Shown in pieces: positions 46,762 to 56,324 of a stretch of 58,480 nt of DNA; position 1 is the stretch's first letter, and each line of letters opens with the position of its first letter. The notes beneath the pieces were generated by a model that had not been told where the DNA came from, made no database searches, and worked only from the letters and a program-made list of their open reading frames with translations. The translations under genes and the position numbers were made by a program. This stretch comes from an uncultured Gammaproteobacteria bacterium. Lineage in GTDB: Bacteria > Patescibacteriota > Microgenomatia > CAYGWK01. The stretch lies in the NCBI GenBank assembly GCA_964487495.1, contig CAZAPL010000033.1, forward strand, positions 1-58,480, given 5' to 3'.

Positions 46762-47346
46762 ATGAATCTAAAAGAAAAAGAAAAAAAATTAAAAGAAATT
46801 TCTCAAAAAATTTCTTCTTGCCGGAGATGTCCTCTTTATAAGACTGCCACTTACGCAGTCCCTGGGGAGGGGAATTTAGAGGCAGAAATTATGTTTATTG
46901 GTGAAGCCCCTGGGTTTTTTGAGGATAAAAAAGGAAGACCATTTGTTGGTCAAGCAGGAAAACTTTTAGATAGCCTACTTCAATTAATTAAAGCGGAAAG
47001 GAAAGATGTTTGGATTGGAAATTTATTAAAACATCGTCCTCCGGGAAACCGTGATCCAAAGCCAGAAGAAATTGAGGCTTGTTCAATTTGGATCGATAAG
47101 CAAATAGAAATTTTAAATCCTAAGATTATTGTTGCCTTAGGTAGATTTTCAACGGCAAAGTTTATTCCCTTTGGGAAAATTAGTCGTATTCACGGCCAAA
47201 AATTTAAAATAGAATTTAAAGGGAGGAAAATAGATCTTTTCCCGATGTATCATCCCGCCGCCGGTTTACGCAATAGGGAGATTTTAAATAGATTAAAGGA
47301 GGATTTTAAAAAACTTGGAGAATTTTTGTTAATCAATAATCATTAA
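46762..47346 (+). CDS. family 4 uracil-DNA glycosylase (Fe-S type)
   Basis: CRRCPLY, GEAPGFFED, PFVGQAGKLL and HRPPGNRDP...EIEAC motifs, with a YHPAAGLR end. Confidence 0.88.
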   Translation: MNLKEKEKKLKEISQKISSCRRCPLYKTATYAVPGEGNLEAEIMFIGEAPGFFEDKKGRPFVGQAGKLLDSLLQLIKAERKDVWIGNLLKHRPPGNRDPKPEEIEACSIWIDKQIEILNPKIIVALGRFSTAKFIPFGKISRIHGQKFKIEFKGRKIDLFPMYHPAAGLRNREILNRLKEDFKKLGEFLLINNH

Positions 47347-47358
47347 TAAGAAAAAAAT

Positions 47359-49014
47359 ATGAAGACTAACTTTTTAAGAATTATTTCTCTTGGCGGTTTT
47401 GGTGAGGTAACTAACAATATGTTTGTTTATGAAACGGGGAAAGATATTTTAATTGTAGATTGTGGCGTGGGTTTCCCAACAGAAGAAATGAGAGGAGTTG
47501 ATTTAACCATTCCCGATATTTCTTATCTTTTACCTAAAAAGGGAAAAATTAGAGGAATCGTAGTCTCGCATGGCCATTATGATCATATTGGGGGACTTCC
47601 TTACATTTTGCCAACTCTTGGAAATATTCCTGTTTTTGGCTCAAGATGGGCTTTAGCTTTGACTTCTGAAAAACTTTCCGAATTTGGTCTTAAGGCTAAT
47701 CTTCAGGAGATTTCCCAAGGAAAAAAAATTTTTCTGGGGGAATTTCAGATTGAGTTTATCCAGGTAACTCACTCAATTCCCGAGACAATGCATTTGGTGA
47801 TTTCTACTCCGGTTGGTATTTTTTATCATGCTGCTGATTTTAAACTTGATTTGACACCGGTAATGGGAAAACCTACAGATCAAAATTTGATTTTAAAGGT
47901 AGGCGAAAGAGGGGTTTTGTGTCTTCTTTCTGATTGTCTAAGGGCGGAAAAGAAAGGATTTACTCCCTCTGAGGCGAAAATTAAAGATATGTTTGAAAGA
48001 GAAATTAAAGATTGCCGAGGGAAATTTTTTGTTACCGCCATGTCTTCAGATATTTCAAGATTCAAACAAGCAATTGAAGTTTCTCAAAAATATGGAAGAA
48101 AAATAGTTTTAGTTGGTCGTTCAGTTGAAGATAATATTAAACTTGCTTTAAATCTTTCTTATTTAAACTTTCCTCCCAGTTTTTTTCTCCCAATTAAGGA
48201 AGTTAAAAAAACTCCTTCTGATAAATTGACTCTTCTTGTGGCCGGCAGTCAGGCTCAGGTTGGCTCTGCCTTGGAAAAAATTGTCAATGGCGAACACAGA
48301 ATTAAAATTAAAAAAGGAGATAAAATTGTTTTTTCTACTGATTATATTCCTGGCAATGAACTTTCTATTTATTCTTTGATTGATGAAATTTTGCGCCAAG
48401 GAGGAGATGTTTCTTATCCTGATATAACTGGCGACATTCATGTTTCTGGTCATGGCTATTCTTCAGATCTTAGGAAGTTAATTGAAATGATAAAACCAAA
48501 GTTTCTTTTGCCAATTGGGGGAAATTTTCGCCACATGGTGGCTTATAAAAAATTGGCCCAAAAATTGGGCTATAAGGAGGAGCAAATAATTCTTCCTCGA
48601 GAAAATCAAGTGGTTGATTTTTTTGAAAACGGGAGAGTTAATTTTAAAAAAACCATTAAAATTTCCAAGGTCTTAGTTGATGCGTTGGGGGTGGGAGATG
48701 TTGGCAATGTTGTTTTGCGTGATCGAGAAATTCTTTCCAAGGAAGGAATAGTAGTGATTATTATTTTGATTGATAGATTTGGTTTTAAACTTATTGGCGA
48801 ACCAGAAATTGTAAGTCGTGGTTTTATTTATTTAAAAGACTCTGGATATCTTTTTGAAGAGGCAAAGAAAAAAATAGAGAAACTTTTTAGAAAACTAGGC
48901 AAAAAAAGGAAAAAATTTTATATTCAGTCGGAAATTCAAGATAATCTTGAAAAATTTTTTTTCGAAAGAACTGGTCGTCGCCCTTTAATTTTGGTTCAAA
49001 TAATTGAAATTTAA
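47359..49014 (+). CDS. rnj: ribonuclease J
   Basis: Metallo-beta-lactamase motif SHGHYDHIGG, a beta-CASP region and a C-terminal domain. 551 aa. Confidence 0.9.
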   Translation: MKTNFLRIISLGGFGEVTNNMFVYETGKDILIVDCGVGFPTEEMRGVDLTIPDISYLLPKKGKIRGIVVSHGHYDHIGGLPYILPTLGNIPVFGSRWALALTSEKLSEFGLKANLQEISQGKKIFLGEFQIEFIQVTHSIPETMHLVISTPVGIFYHAADFKLDLTPVMGKPTDQNLILKVGERGVLCLLSDCLRAEKKGFTPSEAKIKDMFEREIKDCRGKFFVTAMSSDISRFKQAIEVSQKYGRKIVLVGRSVEDNIKLALNLSYLNFPPSFFLPIKEVKKTPSDKLTLLVAGSQAQVGSALEKIVNGEHRIKIKKGDKIVFSTDYIPGNELSIYSLIDEILRQGGDVSYPDITGDIHVSGHGYSSDLRKLIEMIKPKFLLPIGGNFRHMVAYKKLAQKLGYKEEQIILPRENQVVDFFENGRVNFKKTIKISKVLVDALGVGDVGNVVLRDREILSKEGIVVIIILIDRFGFKLIGEPEIVSRGFIYLKDSGYLFEEAKKKIEKLFRKLGKKRKKFYIQSEIQDNLEKFFFERTGRRPLILVQIIEI

Positions 49015-49061
49015 ATTTTTATTTTTGATCGCAAAACAAAGGGGATGATATAATAAAATTT

Positions 49062-51161
49062 ATGGATGCGTCAAAACTGCCAATAAAAATTTCTTCAAGG
49101 AAAACTTACCGTCGTTCTTACAAAATTCGTCTTAAAAAATCAACCATTTTTTCTATTGGAAGCGTTTTGTTCCTTTCTTTTTCTTTTTTAACGATTCTTT
49201 CCTTTTTAAGACAAGGAATTTTACTGGTTAAATTGAATAATCTTCTTTTGAATAATTTTGGTTTTGGTTCTTTTTTTATTCCGTTTATTTTTTTGGTAGC
49301 AGGTTTAATGTTAACTAAGATTAAATCTCCGGTAAACGAACCTCATATTTTAGTTGGTTCTTTTCTTTTAATGTTTTCTTTTATGGGAATTTTTAGAAGC
49401 GGAAATTTAGGGGAGGAAATTTGGTTTGGGATGGTGGGGATGATTACCAAGGTTGGGGCATTTTTAGTTCTTTCTGGGGGAATTTTAATTGGGATTATGG
49501 TTTTATTTAATACTTCTCTTGACCAAATAATTATTTTTTTTATTAATTTCTTCAAAAATCTAAAAAAATTTTTTATTGCCTTACCAAAGAAAGAAATATC
49601 CCATTTGAGGGTAGAGGAAAGTTCGGCTTTACGTTTATCAGAAACAAGAGAGGAAAAAATTTCTCCTTCGCTTAAAGAAAAAGAAGAAATTTCTCCAACT
49701 ATCCCAATTCATTCTTTTGCTCAAGATAAAATTTGGGAATATCCCCCCCTTTCTCTTCTTCAAGATATTGCCGGGGGCAAGGCTGATCGGGGGGATGTAA
49801 AGACTAATGCGGCTATTATCGAAAAAACACTTGAGTCATTTGGTATTTCTGCCAGTGTAGTTGAGGTAAATCCTGGTCCAGCCGTTACTCAATATGCTTT
49901 GGAGGTGGCGCTGGGGACAAAACTCTCAAAAATTACCACCTTGGCTGATAATTTGGCTCTTGCTTTGGCTGCTCCTCATGGTCAAATAAGAATAGAGGCA
50001 CCCATTCCCGGAAGATCTTTAGTTGGAATTGAGCTTCCCAATCGTTCTATAGAATTTGTTACCTTAAAGAAAATGCTTGAATCTGATGTTTTGAAAAATG
50101 CTAAAAGCAAACTTACTGTGGCCTTAGGTCTTGATGTTTCTGGAAAACCGGTAGTAGCCGATATTGCGCGAATGCCCCATGTTTTGATTGCTGGTTCAAC
50201 CGGAAGTGGGAAAACAGTTCTTCTAAATTCTTTTATTGCTACTTTGCTTTTTAGAACTACTCCAAACGAAGTTAAACTTATTTTGGTTGATCCAAAAAGA
50301 GTGGAACTTGTTCAGTATAATGGTGTCCCCCACCTTTTAACCCCAGTTATTGTTGAACCAGAAAAAGTTCTTTCTGCTTTAAAATGGGCAATTTCTGAAA
50401 TGGATCGCCGCTATAAACTTTTTGCTGAGGTGGGGGCAAGAAATATTGATTCTTATAATGAACTTTCCGGGTTTATGGCAATGCCTTATATTGTGATTAT
50501 TATCGATGAGTTAGCCGATATTATGCTTTTTGCTCCAGTTGAAGTTGAGGATACCATTTGTCGAATTGCCCAAATGGCTAGAGCCACTGGGATCCATTTG
50601 GTTATTTCTACCCAAAGGCCATCAGTAGATGTTTTAACTGGGCTTATTAAAGCCAATATTCCCTGCCGAATTTCTTTTGCTGTTTCTTCAATGGTTGATT
50701 CTCGGGTTATTTTAGATCAACCTGGGGCAGAAAAACTTTTGGGGCGAGGAGATATGCTTTATATTCCTCCAGATCAGGCCAAGCCAACCAGAATTCAGGG
50801 AGTATTTGTTTCTGACCCGGAAATTCAAAGATTAATCGAGTTTTTAAGGAAAAAGGCATCGCCTTCTTATACCGAGGAGGTAGTTACAATGCCTGTTAGT
50901 GTAAAGCGTTTTGGCGAAAAGGGAGAAATAGAAGAGAAAGATGAACTTTTTGAAGAAGCATTAAGAACTGTTTGCCAGTATGACAGGGCTTCTGCCTCTT
51001 TGCTTCAAAGACGTCTTTCAATTGGATATGCCAGAGCAGCCAGAATTTTAGATCAACTTGAGGAAGCAGGTGTTGTTGGGCCGGGTGAAGGATCAAAGCC
51101 CCGGGAGGTATTAATTAGAAATCCTGAAGAATTTTTAACTTCCAAAGATCAATCCTCATGA
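49062..51161 (+). CDS. ftsK: DNA translocase FtsK/SpoIIIE
   Basis: N-terminal TM segments, motor domain with GSTGSGKT and IIIDELADIM, and a C-terminal gamma wHTH (SASLLQRRLSIGYARAARILDQLE). Confidence 0.95.
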   Translation: MDASKLPIKISSRKTYRRSYKIRLKKSTIFSIGSVLFLSFSFLTILSFLRQGILLVKLNNLLLNNFGFGSFFIPFIFLVAGLMLTKIKSPVNEPHILVGSFLLMFSFMGIFRSGNLGEEIWFGMVGMITKVGAFLVLSGGILIGIMVLFNTSLDQIIIFFINFFKNLKKFFIALPKKEISHLRVEESSALRLSETREEKISPSLKEKEEISPTIPIHSFAQDKIWEYPPLSLLQDIAGGKADRGDVKTNAAIIEKTLESFGISASVVEVNPGPAVTQYALEVALGTKLSKITTLADNLALALAAPHGQIRIEAPIPGRSLVGIELPNRSIEFVTLKKMLESDVLKNAKSKLTVALGLDVSGKPVVADIARMPHVLIAGSTGSGKTVLLNSFIATLLFRTTPNEVKLILVDPKRVELVQYNGVPHLLTPVIVEPEKVLSALKWAISEMDRRYKLFAEVGARNIDSYNELSGFMAMPYIVIIIDELADIMLFAPVEVEDTICRIAQMARATGIHLVISTQRPSVDVLTGLIKANIPCRISFAVSSMVDSRVILDQPGAEKLLGRGDMLYIPPDQAKPTRIQGVFVSDPEIQRLIEFLRKKASPSYTEEVVTMPVSVKRFGEKGEIEEKDELFEEALRTVCQYDRASASLLQRRLSIGYARAARILDQLEEAGVVGPGEGSKPREVLIRNPEEFLTSKDQSS

Positions 51162-51802
51162 AGACTGTTGGTGAGATTTTGAGAGAAACCCGAGAAAGAA
51201 AAAAAATCTCTCTTTTAGAGGCAGAAAAAGCCACTAAAATTAAGGCTCGCTTTTTGGAAGCCCTAGAGAGAAATGATTTTTCAGAAATTAACGAGGCAAC
51301 AGTTATTAAGGGATTTATTAAAAATTATGCTGAGTATCTTGGTCTTTCTTCTTTTGAGGTGATGGCGGTATTTAGACGAGATTTTGCAGAAAATAAAGAT
51401 GGTCAAATTTTACCTCACGGTCTTTATAAACCTTTATCCCAAGTAAAATCTATTTGGACGCCAAGGCACACATTTGGATTGTTAATTGGCTTTATTTTTT
51501 TATCTCTAATTGGCTATTTACTTTTTCATTTTTTTGGCTTTTTTAGCCCCCCTCTTTTGGAAATTTATTCTCCTTTAGAAGGTGAAGTTTTAGAAAGTTC
51601 CGAAGTTATAGTTAAAGGGAAAGTTGATCCCGACGCTAGTGTTTCAATTAACGGAGATTTGGCTTTTGTTTTTGGAGACGGCTCTTTTGAAAAAAAAATT
51701 TCTCTATCAAAAGGAAAAAATAAAATTTTGGTTGAGGCTGTTTCCAGACAGGGTAGAAAAAATACTAAAGAAATAACAGTTGAAATAAGACCACCAGATT
51801 AA
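51158..51802 (+). CDS. RodZ-like HTH membrane protein
   Basis: N-terminal HTH (VGEILRETRERKKISLLEAEKATKIKARFLEALE), one TM and a beta-rich C-terminal domain. Confidence 0.65.
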   Translation: MKTVGEILRETRERKKISLLEAEKATKIKARFLEALERNDFSEINEATVIKGFIKNYAEYLGLSSFEVMAVFRRDFAENKDGQILPHGLYKPLSQVKSIWTPRHTFGLLIGFIFLSLIGYLLFHFFGFFSPPLLEIYSPLEGEVLESSEVIVKGKVDPDASVSINGDLAFVFGDGSFEKKISLSKGKNKILVEAVSRQGRKNTKEITVEIRPPD

Positions 51803-51883
51803 GATTAAATTTTAAAAAATGTAAATTTGACTATTGACAGAGGGTTATTAGCAATTGTAAATTTTGAATAGGGGGACACCTTT

Positions 51884-52255
51884 ATGGAGATTATTCAAAT
51901 AATTTTAGTTTCGGTGGTTTTTATTTTGACCTTAATTTTGTTTGTTATTGGTTTCGAGGTATTTTTGGTTTTTGGAGAATTTCGTCAGTCAATTAGAAAA
52001 ATTAATAAGATCCTAGACGATATGGGAGTTATTTCTGAATCAATTGCCAAACCAATTTCTGGTTTTTCTGATTTAACAAGTGGAATGCGATTTTTGGTTG
52101 ATTTAGTTAAATCTTTTGCCGGCGGAGGCAAAAAAGAAAATAAAAAAGAAGAAGAGACTGAGGAGACAATTAAAGAAATTAAAAATCCCGAAGAAAAAGG
52201 CGGAAGTTCTCCGGTTAGGCGTTTCTTCTTAAGAGCAGGGAAAAAACTTTCTTAA
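51884..52255 (+). CDS. small membrane-anchored protein (DUF948-like?)
   Basis: 123 aa with an N-terminal TM, a helical segment and a K/E-rich tail. Confidence 0.4.
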   Translation: MEIIQIILVSVVFILTLILFVIGFEVFLVFGEFRQSIRKINKILDDMGVISESIAKPISGFSDLTSGMRFLVDLVKSFAGGGKKENKKEEETEETIKEIKNPEEKGGSSPVRRFFLRAGKKLS

Positions 52256-52325
52256 TCTTCTAGGAATAACTTAAAGTTTTTTTATTAGTTGAGATTGAAG
52301 GCAGGAGAAGATATAATATTTCAAA

Positions 52326-54071
52326 GTGATAGCCAAAAATCTTCGGAATAAATTTCTAGATTTTTTTGTTAAAAGAGGGCATAGGGTAATTCCCAACGTT
52401 TCCCTAATTCCCGAAAATGATTCAACCGCTCTTTTTATCTCGGCGGGAATGCATCCTTTGGTTCCTTATCTTTTGGGAGAACCTCATCCTTTGGGTAAAA
52501 GGCTTTGTTCAGTCCAGCGGTGTTTGCGGACTGATGATATAGATTTGGTGGGAAGTTCTTGGCACCATACCTTCTTTGAAATGCTTGGTAATTGGTCTTT
52601 GGGTGATTATTGGAAAGAGGAGGCCATTTCTTGGTCTTTTGAATTTTTGGTAAAGGAACTTAATCTTGATCGGAAAAGAATTTATGTTTCTTGTTTTGGC
52701 GGAGATAGAAATATTCCTCGTGATGAAGAATCGGCAAAAATTTGGCAAAAAATTGGAATTCCTAAGGAGAAAATTTATTTTTATGGAAAAAAGGAAAATT
52801 GGTGGGGACCGGTAGGTGAATTTGGCCCTTGTGGGCCTGATACGGAAATTTTCTACGATCTTACGGGAAATCCTTGTGGTTTGGATTGTCGACCGAATGA
52901 TAACTGTGGTCGATTTTTAGAAATTTGGAATAATGTTTTTATGGAATATGAAGTAAATAGAAAAGGAGAGGTTGTTTTTTTAAAACAAAAAAATGTAGAT
53001 ACGGGAATGGGTTTGGAAAGGATGGTTTCTATTCTTTCTAAATTGGGAGATGATTATCAAACAGAGCTTTTTAAGGGGATAGTTCAATTAATTGAATCGC
53101 TTTCCGGAGAAGATTATAGAAAGGAGAAGAATCAGAGACCAATAAGAATTATTGCTGATCACGCAAGGGCGGCTACATTTTTAATTGCCGATGGTGTTTT
53201 TCCTTCTAATTTAGAAAGAGGTTATATCTTGAGAAGATTAATAAGGCGAGCAGTAAGATTTGGGAGAATGATTAATTTGAAAAAACTTTCTATTCCAAAA
53301 ATTGCCGAAGAAGTAATTCAAAAGATGAAAGATGAATATCCAAAATTGGAAGAACATAGAGAAAAAATTATAGAAACAATAGCCAATGAAGAAGAAAAAT
53401 TCCAAAAAACCTTAGAAAAAGGGCTTAAAGAAGTAGAAAGGTATGAAAAAATTGACGGCAAAACCGCTTTTTATCTTTATGAAACTTATGGTTTTCCTTT
53501 GGAGATGAGTGAGGAAATTGCTTTTGAAAAAGGACAGAAAATTGACAAAAAAGAGTTTGAGAAGGAATTTAGGAAGCATCAGGAGATTTCAAGGTCTGGA
53601 GCAAACAAAAAATTTGCTGGGGGATTAGCCACCCATTCCCAAGAAGCAATAAAACTTCATACTGCTACCCATCTTTTAAATGCCTCCTTACGTTATGTTC
53701 TTGGGTCGCACGTTTTACAGAAAGGTTCAAATATAACTAATTCAAGGCTTCGTTTTGATTTTCTTAACCCAAAAAAACTTACCCCTGAAGAATTAAGGAA
53801 AGTCGAGGATTTAGTGAATCAGAAAATCAGGGAAAACCTTGAAGTAAAGATGGAAATAATGAGATTTGAGGAGGCCAGAAAAAAAGGGGCGATATCTGTT
53901 CCTGGCGAAAGTTATCCGGAAAAGGTTAAGGTTTATTCAATTGGCGATTTTTCTTGCGAGATTTGCGGCGGTCCCCATGTTAACTTTACAGGGGTTTTAG
54001 GAAGGTTTAAGATTATAAAAGAAGAGGGGGCAGGAGCAGGAATTAGAAGAATCTATGCTGTTTTAGAATGA
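52326..54071 (+). CDS. alaS: alanine--tRNA ligase (short form lacking C-Ala domain)
   Basis: LRNKFLDFFVKRGH, FISAGMHP, QRCLRTDDID and WNNVFMEY motifs, with editing motifs HTATHLL and CGGPHV. 581 aa, GTG start. Confidence 0.93.
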   Translation: MIAKNLRNKFLDFFVKRGHRVIPNVSLIPENDSTALFISAGMHPLVPYLLGEPHPLGKRLCSVQRCLRTDDIDLVGSSWHHTFFEMLGNWSLGDYWKEEAISWSFEFLVKELNLDRKRIYVSCFGGDRNIPRDEESAKIWQKIGIPKEKIYFYGKKENWWGPVGEFGPCGPDTEIFYDLTGNPCGLDCRPNDNCGRFLEIWNNVFMEYEVNRKGEVVFLKQKNVDTGMGLERMVSILSKLGDDYQTELFKGIVQLIESLSGEDYRKEKNQRPIRIIADHARAATFLIADGVFPSNLERGYILRRLIRRAVRFGRMINLKKLSIPKIAEEVIQKMKDEYPKLEEHREKIIETIANEEEKFQKTLEKGLKEVERYEKIDGKTAFYLYETYGFPLEMSEEIAFEKGQKIDKKEFEKEFRKHQEISRSGANKKFAGGLATHSQEAIKLHTATHLLNASLRYVLGSHVLQKGSNITNSRLRFDFLNPKKLTPEELRKVEDLVNQKIRENLEVKMEIMRFEEARKKGAISVPGESYPEKVKVYSIGDFSCEICGGPHVNFTGVLGRFKIIKEEGAGAGIRRIYAVLE

Positions 54072-54090
54072 TAATTTCTTAATTTTAAAT

Positions 54091-56322
54091 TTGAAATTAA
54101 AAATGGAACTGCCTAACATTATTGAAAAAATAACTCATCAAGAAGAAAGAGAAAAAAGAGAGTATTTTTTTGCTTTGCAAATCTGGGATGAAGGAGTAAA
54201 AAGTGCTATTTGGACAATAGAAGAAAAGGGGATAAAGGTGGTGGTTTTGGGAAGCCAGGAAGAATGGGAGGGGGGAGTTGATGAGCTGATTGCTGCTGTT
54301 GATAAAAGTCTTTCCGTTGCTTTTGAACGTTTCGAAGGGATAGGAGAGGAACCTTCGCGTGTTATTTTTGGTCTTTCTGATGATTGGATAAGTGGGGATA
54401 AAATAATTCCCGAAAAGCAAGAAATGCTTTCTGCTCTTTGCCAAAGATTAGACCTTAAACCAATTGGTTTTGTCTCCATTTTTGATGCTTTAAATTATCG
54501 AATTAAAGAAATCGAGGGAGTCCCCCCTTCAATGATTTTAATTAATTTAGGTAAGAAAGCCATTAATTTAGCGGTAATAGAGGCAGGGAAAATTTATAAA
54601 GTGGAAAAAGTTTTGCGGAGTGATAATCTTGGGGCAGACGTTTATGAAGGGCTTTTAAGATTTGAAGAAGTAGAAAATCTACCCTCAAGAATGGTTCTTT
54701 TCAATGGTGAGGAGACAGAAGAAGCAAGACAGATATTAATTAGTTTCCCTTGGCAAACTCCCTCTCCGGAAGGAAAAGAACTTTCTTTTCTTCATTTTCC
54801 AAAAGTTGAAATTTTGCCCTATGATTTTGATATTAATGCCATTTCTTTAGTTGGCGGGAAAGAAACCGCGGCGTTTTCAGGTTTTAAGGTTGATTTAGAG
54901 CCGAAAGAAAGAGAAAAAAAGGAAAGTTTGGAATTTTCTAAAGAAAAAGAATTTGAGAAAGGAGAGAAGGAAGATAATTTGGGCTTTGTTAAAGGCAAGG
55001 ATGTGGCTTATTTTACTCCTAAAATGCCAAAAGAAGAAGAAATTCAGGAAGAAGGGGCGGCCAAAAAAACTGATTTTTTGATTGAGGAGGAAAAACCAAA
55101 AACAAAACCTTCTTTTGAATTTATAAGGGGGAATTTTTTTGGCAAAAAAATTTTTGGTTTTTTTTCTTCATTCCTTCGGCCACTTGAGATAGGAGGGGGA
55201 ATAATATTTTTAATCGCTTTAAGTTTATTGTTTTTTCTTTGGAATATTCCCCAGGCAAAAATAACTGTTTTTTTCTCACCACAGGTTCTTGAAAAAGAAT
55301 TAGAAATTATTATTGATCCAAATCAAGAAACGATTGATGAAAAAAATTTAATTTTGCCAGGTCAGGTAATTGAGGTGGAAATAGGAGGAGAAAAAAACAT
55401 TTCTACTACTGGTAAAAAAACTGTAGGAGAAAAAGCCCGAGGAGAAATAACTATTTATAATCGAACAGATACCAAAAAGGTATTTCCCGAGGGGACAATT
55501 ATTATTGGCCCTGGCGAATTAAAATTTGTTCTTGATAGAGAAGTTGAAGTGGCTTCAAAAACTCCTAATTTAGAAACAGGAGTGGATGAATGGGGAGAGG
55601 CAAAAGTTGAGGTTAGTGCCTTTGATATTGGTGCTCAATATAACTTGGCAGCAAATTCCCAATTTCGTTTTAAAGATTTCCCCACCACTTCTTTTTTAGG
55701 AAAAAATGAATCTGCCTTTACTGGAGGGAGTAGTCGCGAGATTTCTGCAGTTTCAGAAGAAGATCAAAAAAATCTTCAGAAAAAACTTCTAGGCGAATTA
55801 GAAGAAAATGCCAAAAATGAAATTTTATTAAAAGTCCCCCAAGGAAAGAAATTGGTGGAAGAGGCAATTTCTTCTTCGATTACGTCTGTTTCTTTTGATC
55901 ACAAGGTAGGGGAAGAAGCACAAACTTTGAATTTGAAATTGAAAGTTAAGTTTTCTGGTTTGGTTTTTGATCAAAAAGAATTACTTGGTCTTATTAAAAA
56001 TTCTTTATCCTCCCAAATCCCAGAAAATTTCGAATTTAAGGATGAAGAGATTTTAACTCGTTTTGAGTTTAAGGAAAAGAAAAATGACGGCAGCGTCTTG
56101 TTTAGCGTTTTTCTCCAGGCAAATTTACTTCCAAAATTGGATACGGCAGAGATTATTAAAAATATTAAAGGTAAAAGACCTAAAATGGCAAAGAGTTATT
56201 TTTCTAATATTTCTGGCTTTTCCGATTTGGAAATTTCTTTTAGTCCAAAACTGCCTAAAATTTTGGAAGTTATTCCAAAGCAAGAAGATAAAATTTCTTT
56301 GGAGTTAAGGAGTAGAAAATAA
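54091..56322 (+). CDS. bitopic membrane protein: actin-like (PilM/FtsA-like, degenerate) cytoplasmic domain, E/K linker, TM, beta-rich ectodomain (possibly baseplate-J-like)
   Basis: ALQIWDEGVKSAIW and ILINLGKKAINLAVIEAG resemble ASKHA phosphate-1 and phosphate-2 strands. TM is GGIIFLIALSLLFFLW. The ectodomain has TTGKKTVGEKARGEITIYNRT...FPEGTII. The ORF-track start is TTG 54091, with an ATG at 54103. Confidence 0.45.
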   Translation: MKLKMELPNIIEKITHQEEREKREYFFALQIWDEGVKSAIWTIEEKGIKVVVLGSQEEWEGGVDELIAAVDKSLSVAFERFEGIGEEPSRVIFGLSDDWISGDKIIPEKQEMLSALCQRLDLKPIGFVSIFDALNYRIKEIEGVPPSMILINLGKKAINLAVIEAGKIYKVEKVLRSDNLGADVYEGLLRFEEVENLPSRMVLFNGEETEEARQILISFPWQTPSPEGKELSFLHFPKVEILPYDFDINAISLVGGKETAAFSGFKVDLEPKEREKKESLEFSKEKEFEKGEKEDNLGFVKGKDVAYFTPKMPKEEEIQEEGAAKKTDFLIEEEKPKTKPSFEFIRGNFFGKKIFGFFSSFLRPLEIGGGIIFLIALSLLFFLWNIPQAKITVFFSPQVLEKELEIIIDPNQETIDEKNLILPGQVIEVEIGGEKNISTTGKKTVGEKARGEITIYNRTDTKKVFPEGTIIIGPGELKFVLDREVEVASKTPNLETGVDEWGEAKVEVSAFDIGAQYNLAANSQFRFKDFPTTSFLGKNESAFTGGSSREISAVSEEDQKNLQKKLLGELEENAKNEILLKVPQGKKLVEEAISSSITSVSFDHKVGEEAQTLNLKLKVKFSGLVFDQKELLGLIKNSLSSQIPENFEFKDEEILTRFEFKEKKNDGSVLFSVFLQANLLPKLDTAEIIKNIKGKRPKMAKSYFSNISGFSDLEISFSPKLPKILEVIPKQEDKISLELRSRK

Positions 56323-56324
56323 AT

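Noticed and set aside
52256-52325. T-box or other riboswitch leader upstream of alaS (and of metG at 14177-14227)
   Set aside because: Only about 50-70 nt are available, containing a promoter-like TTGAGA-17-TATAAT close to the start. That is far too short for a T-box.
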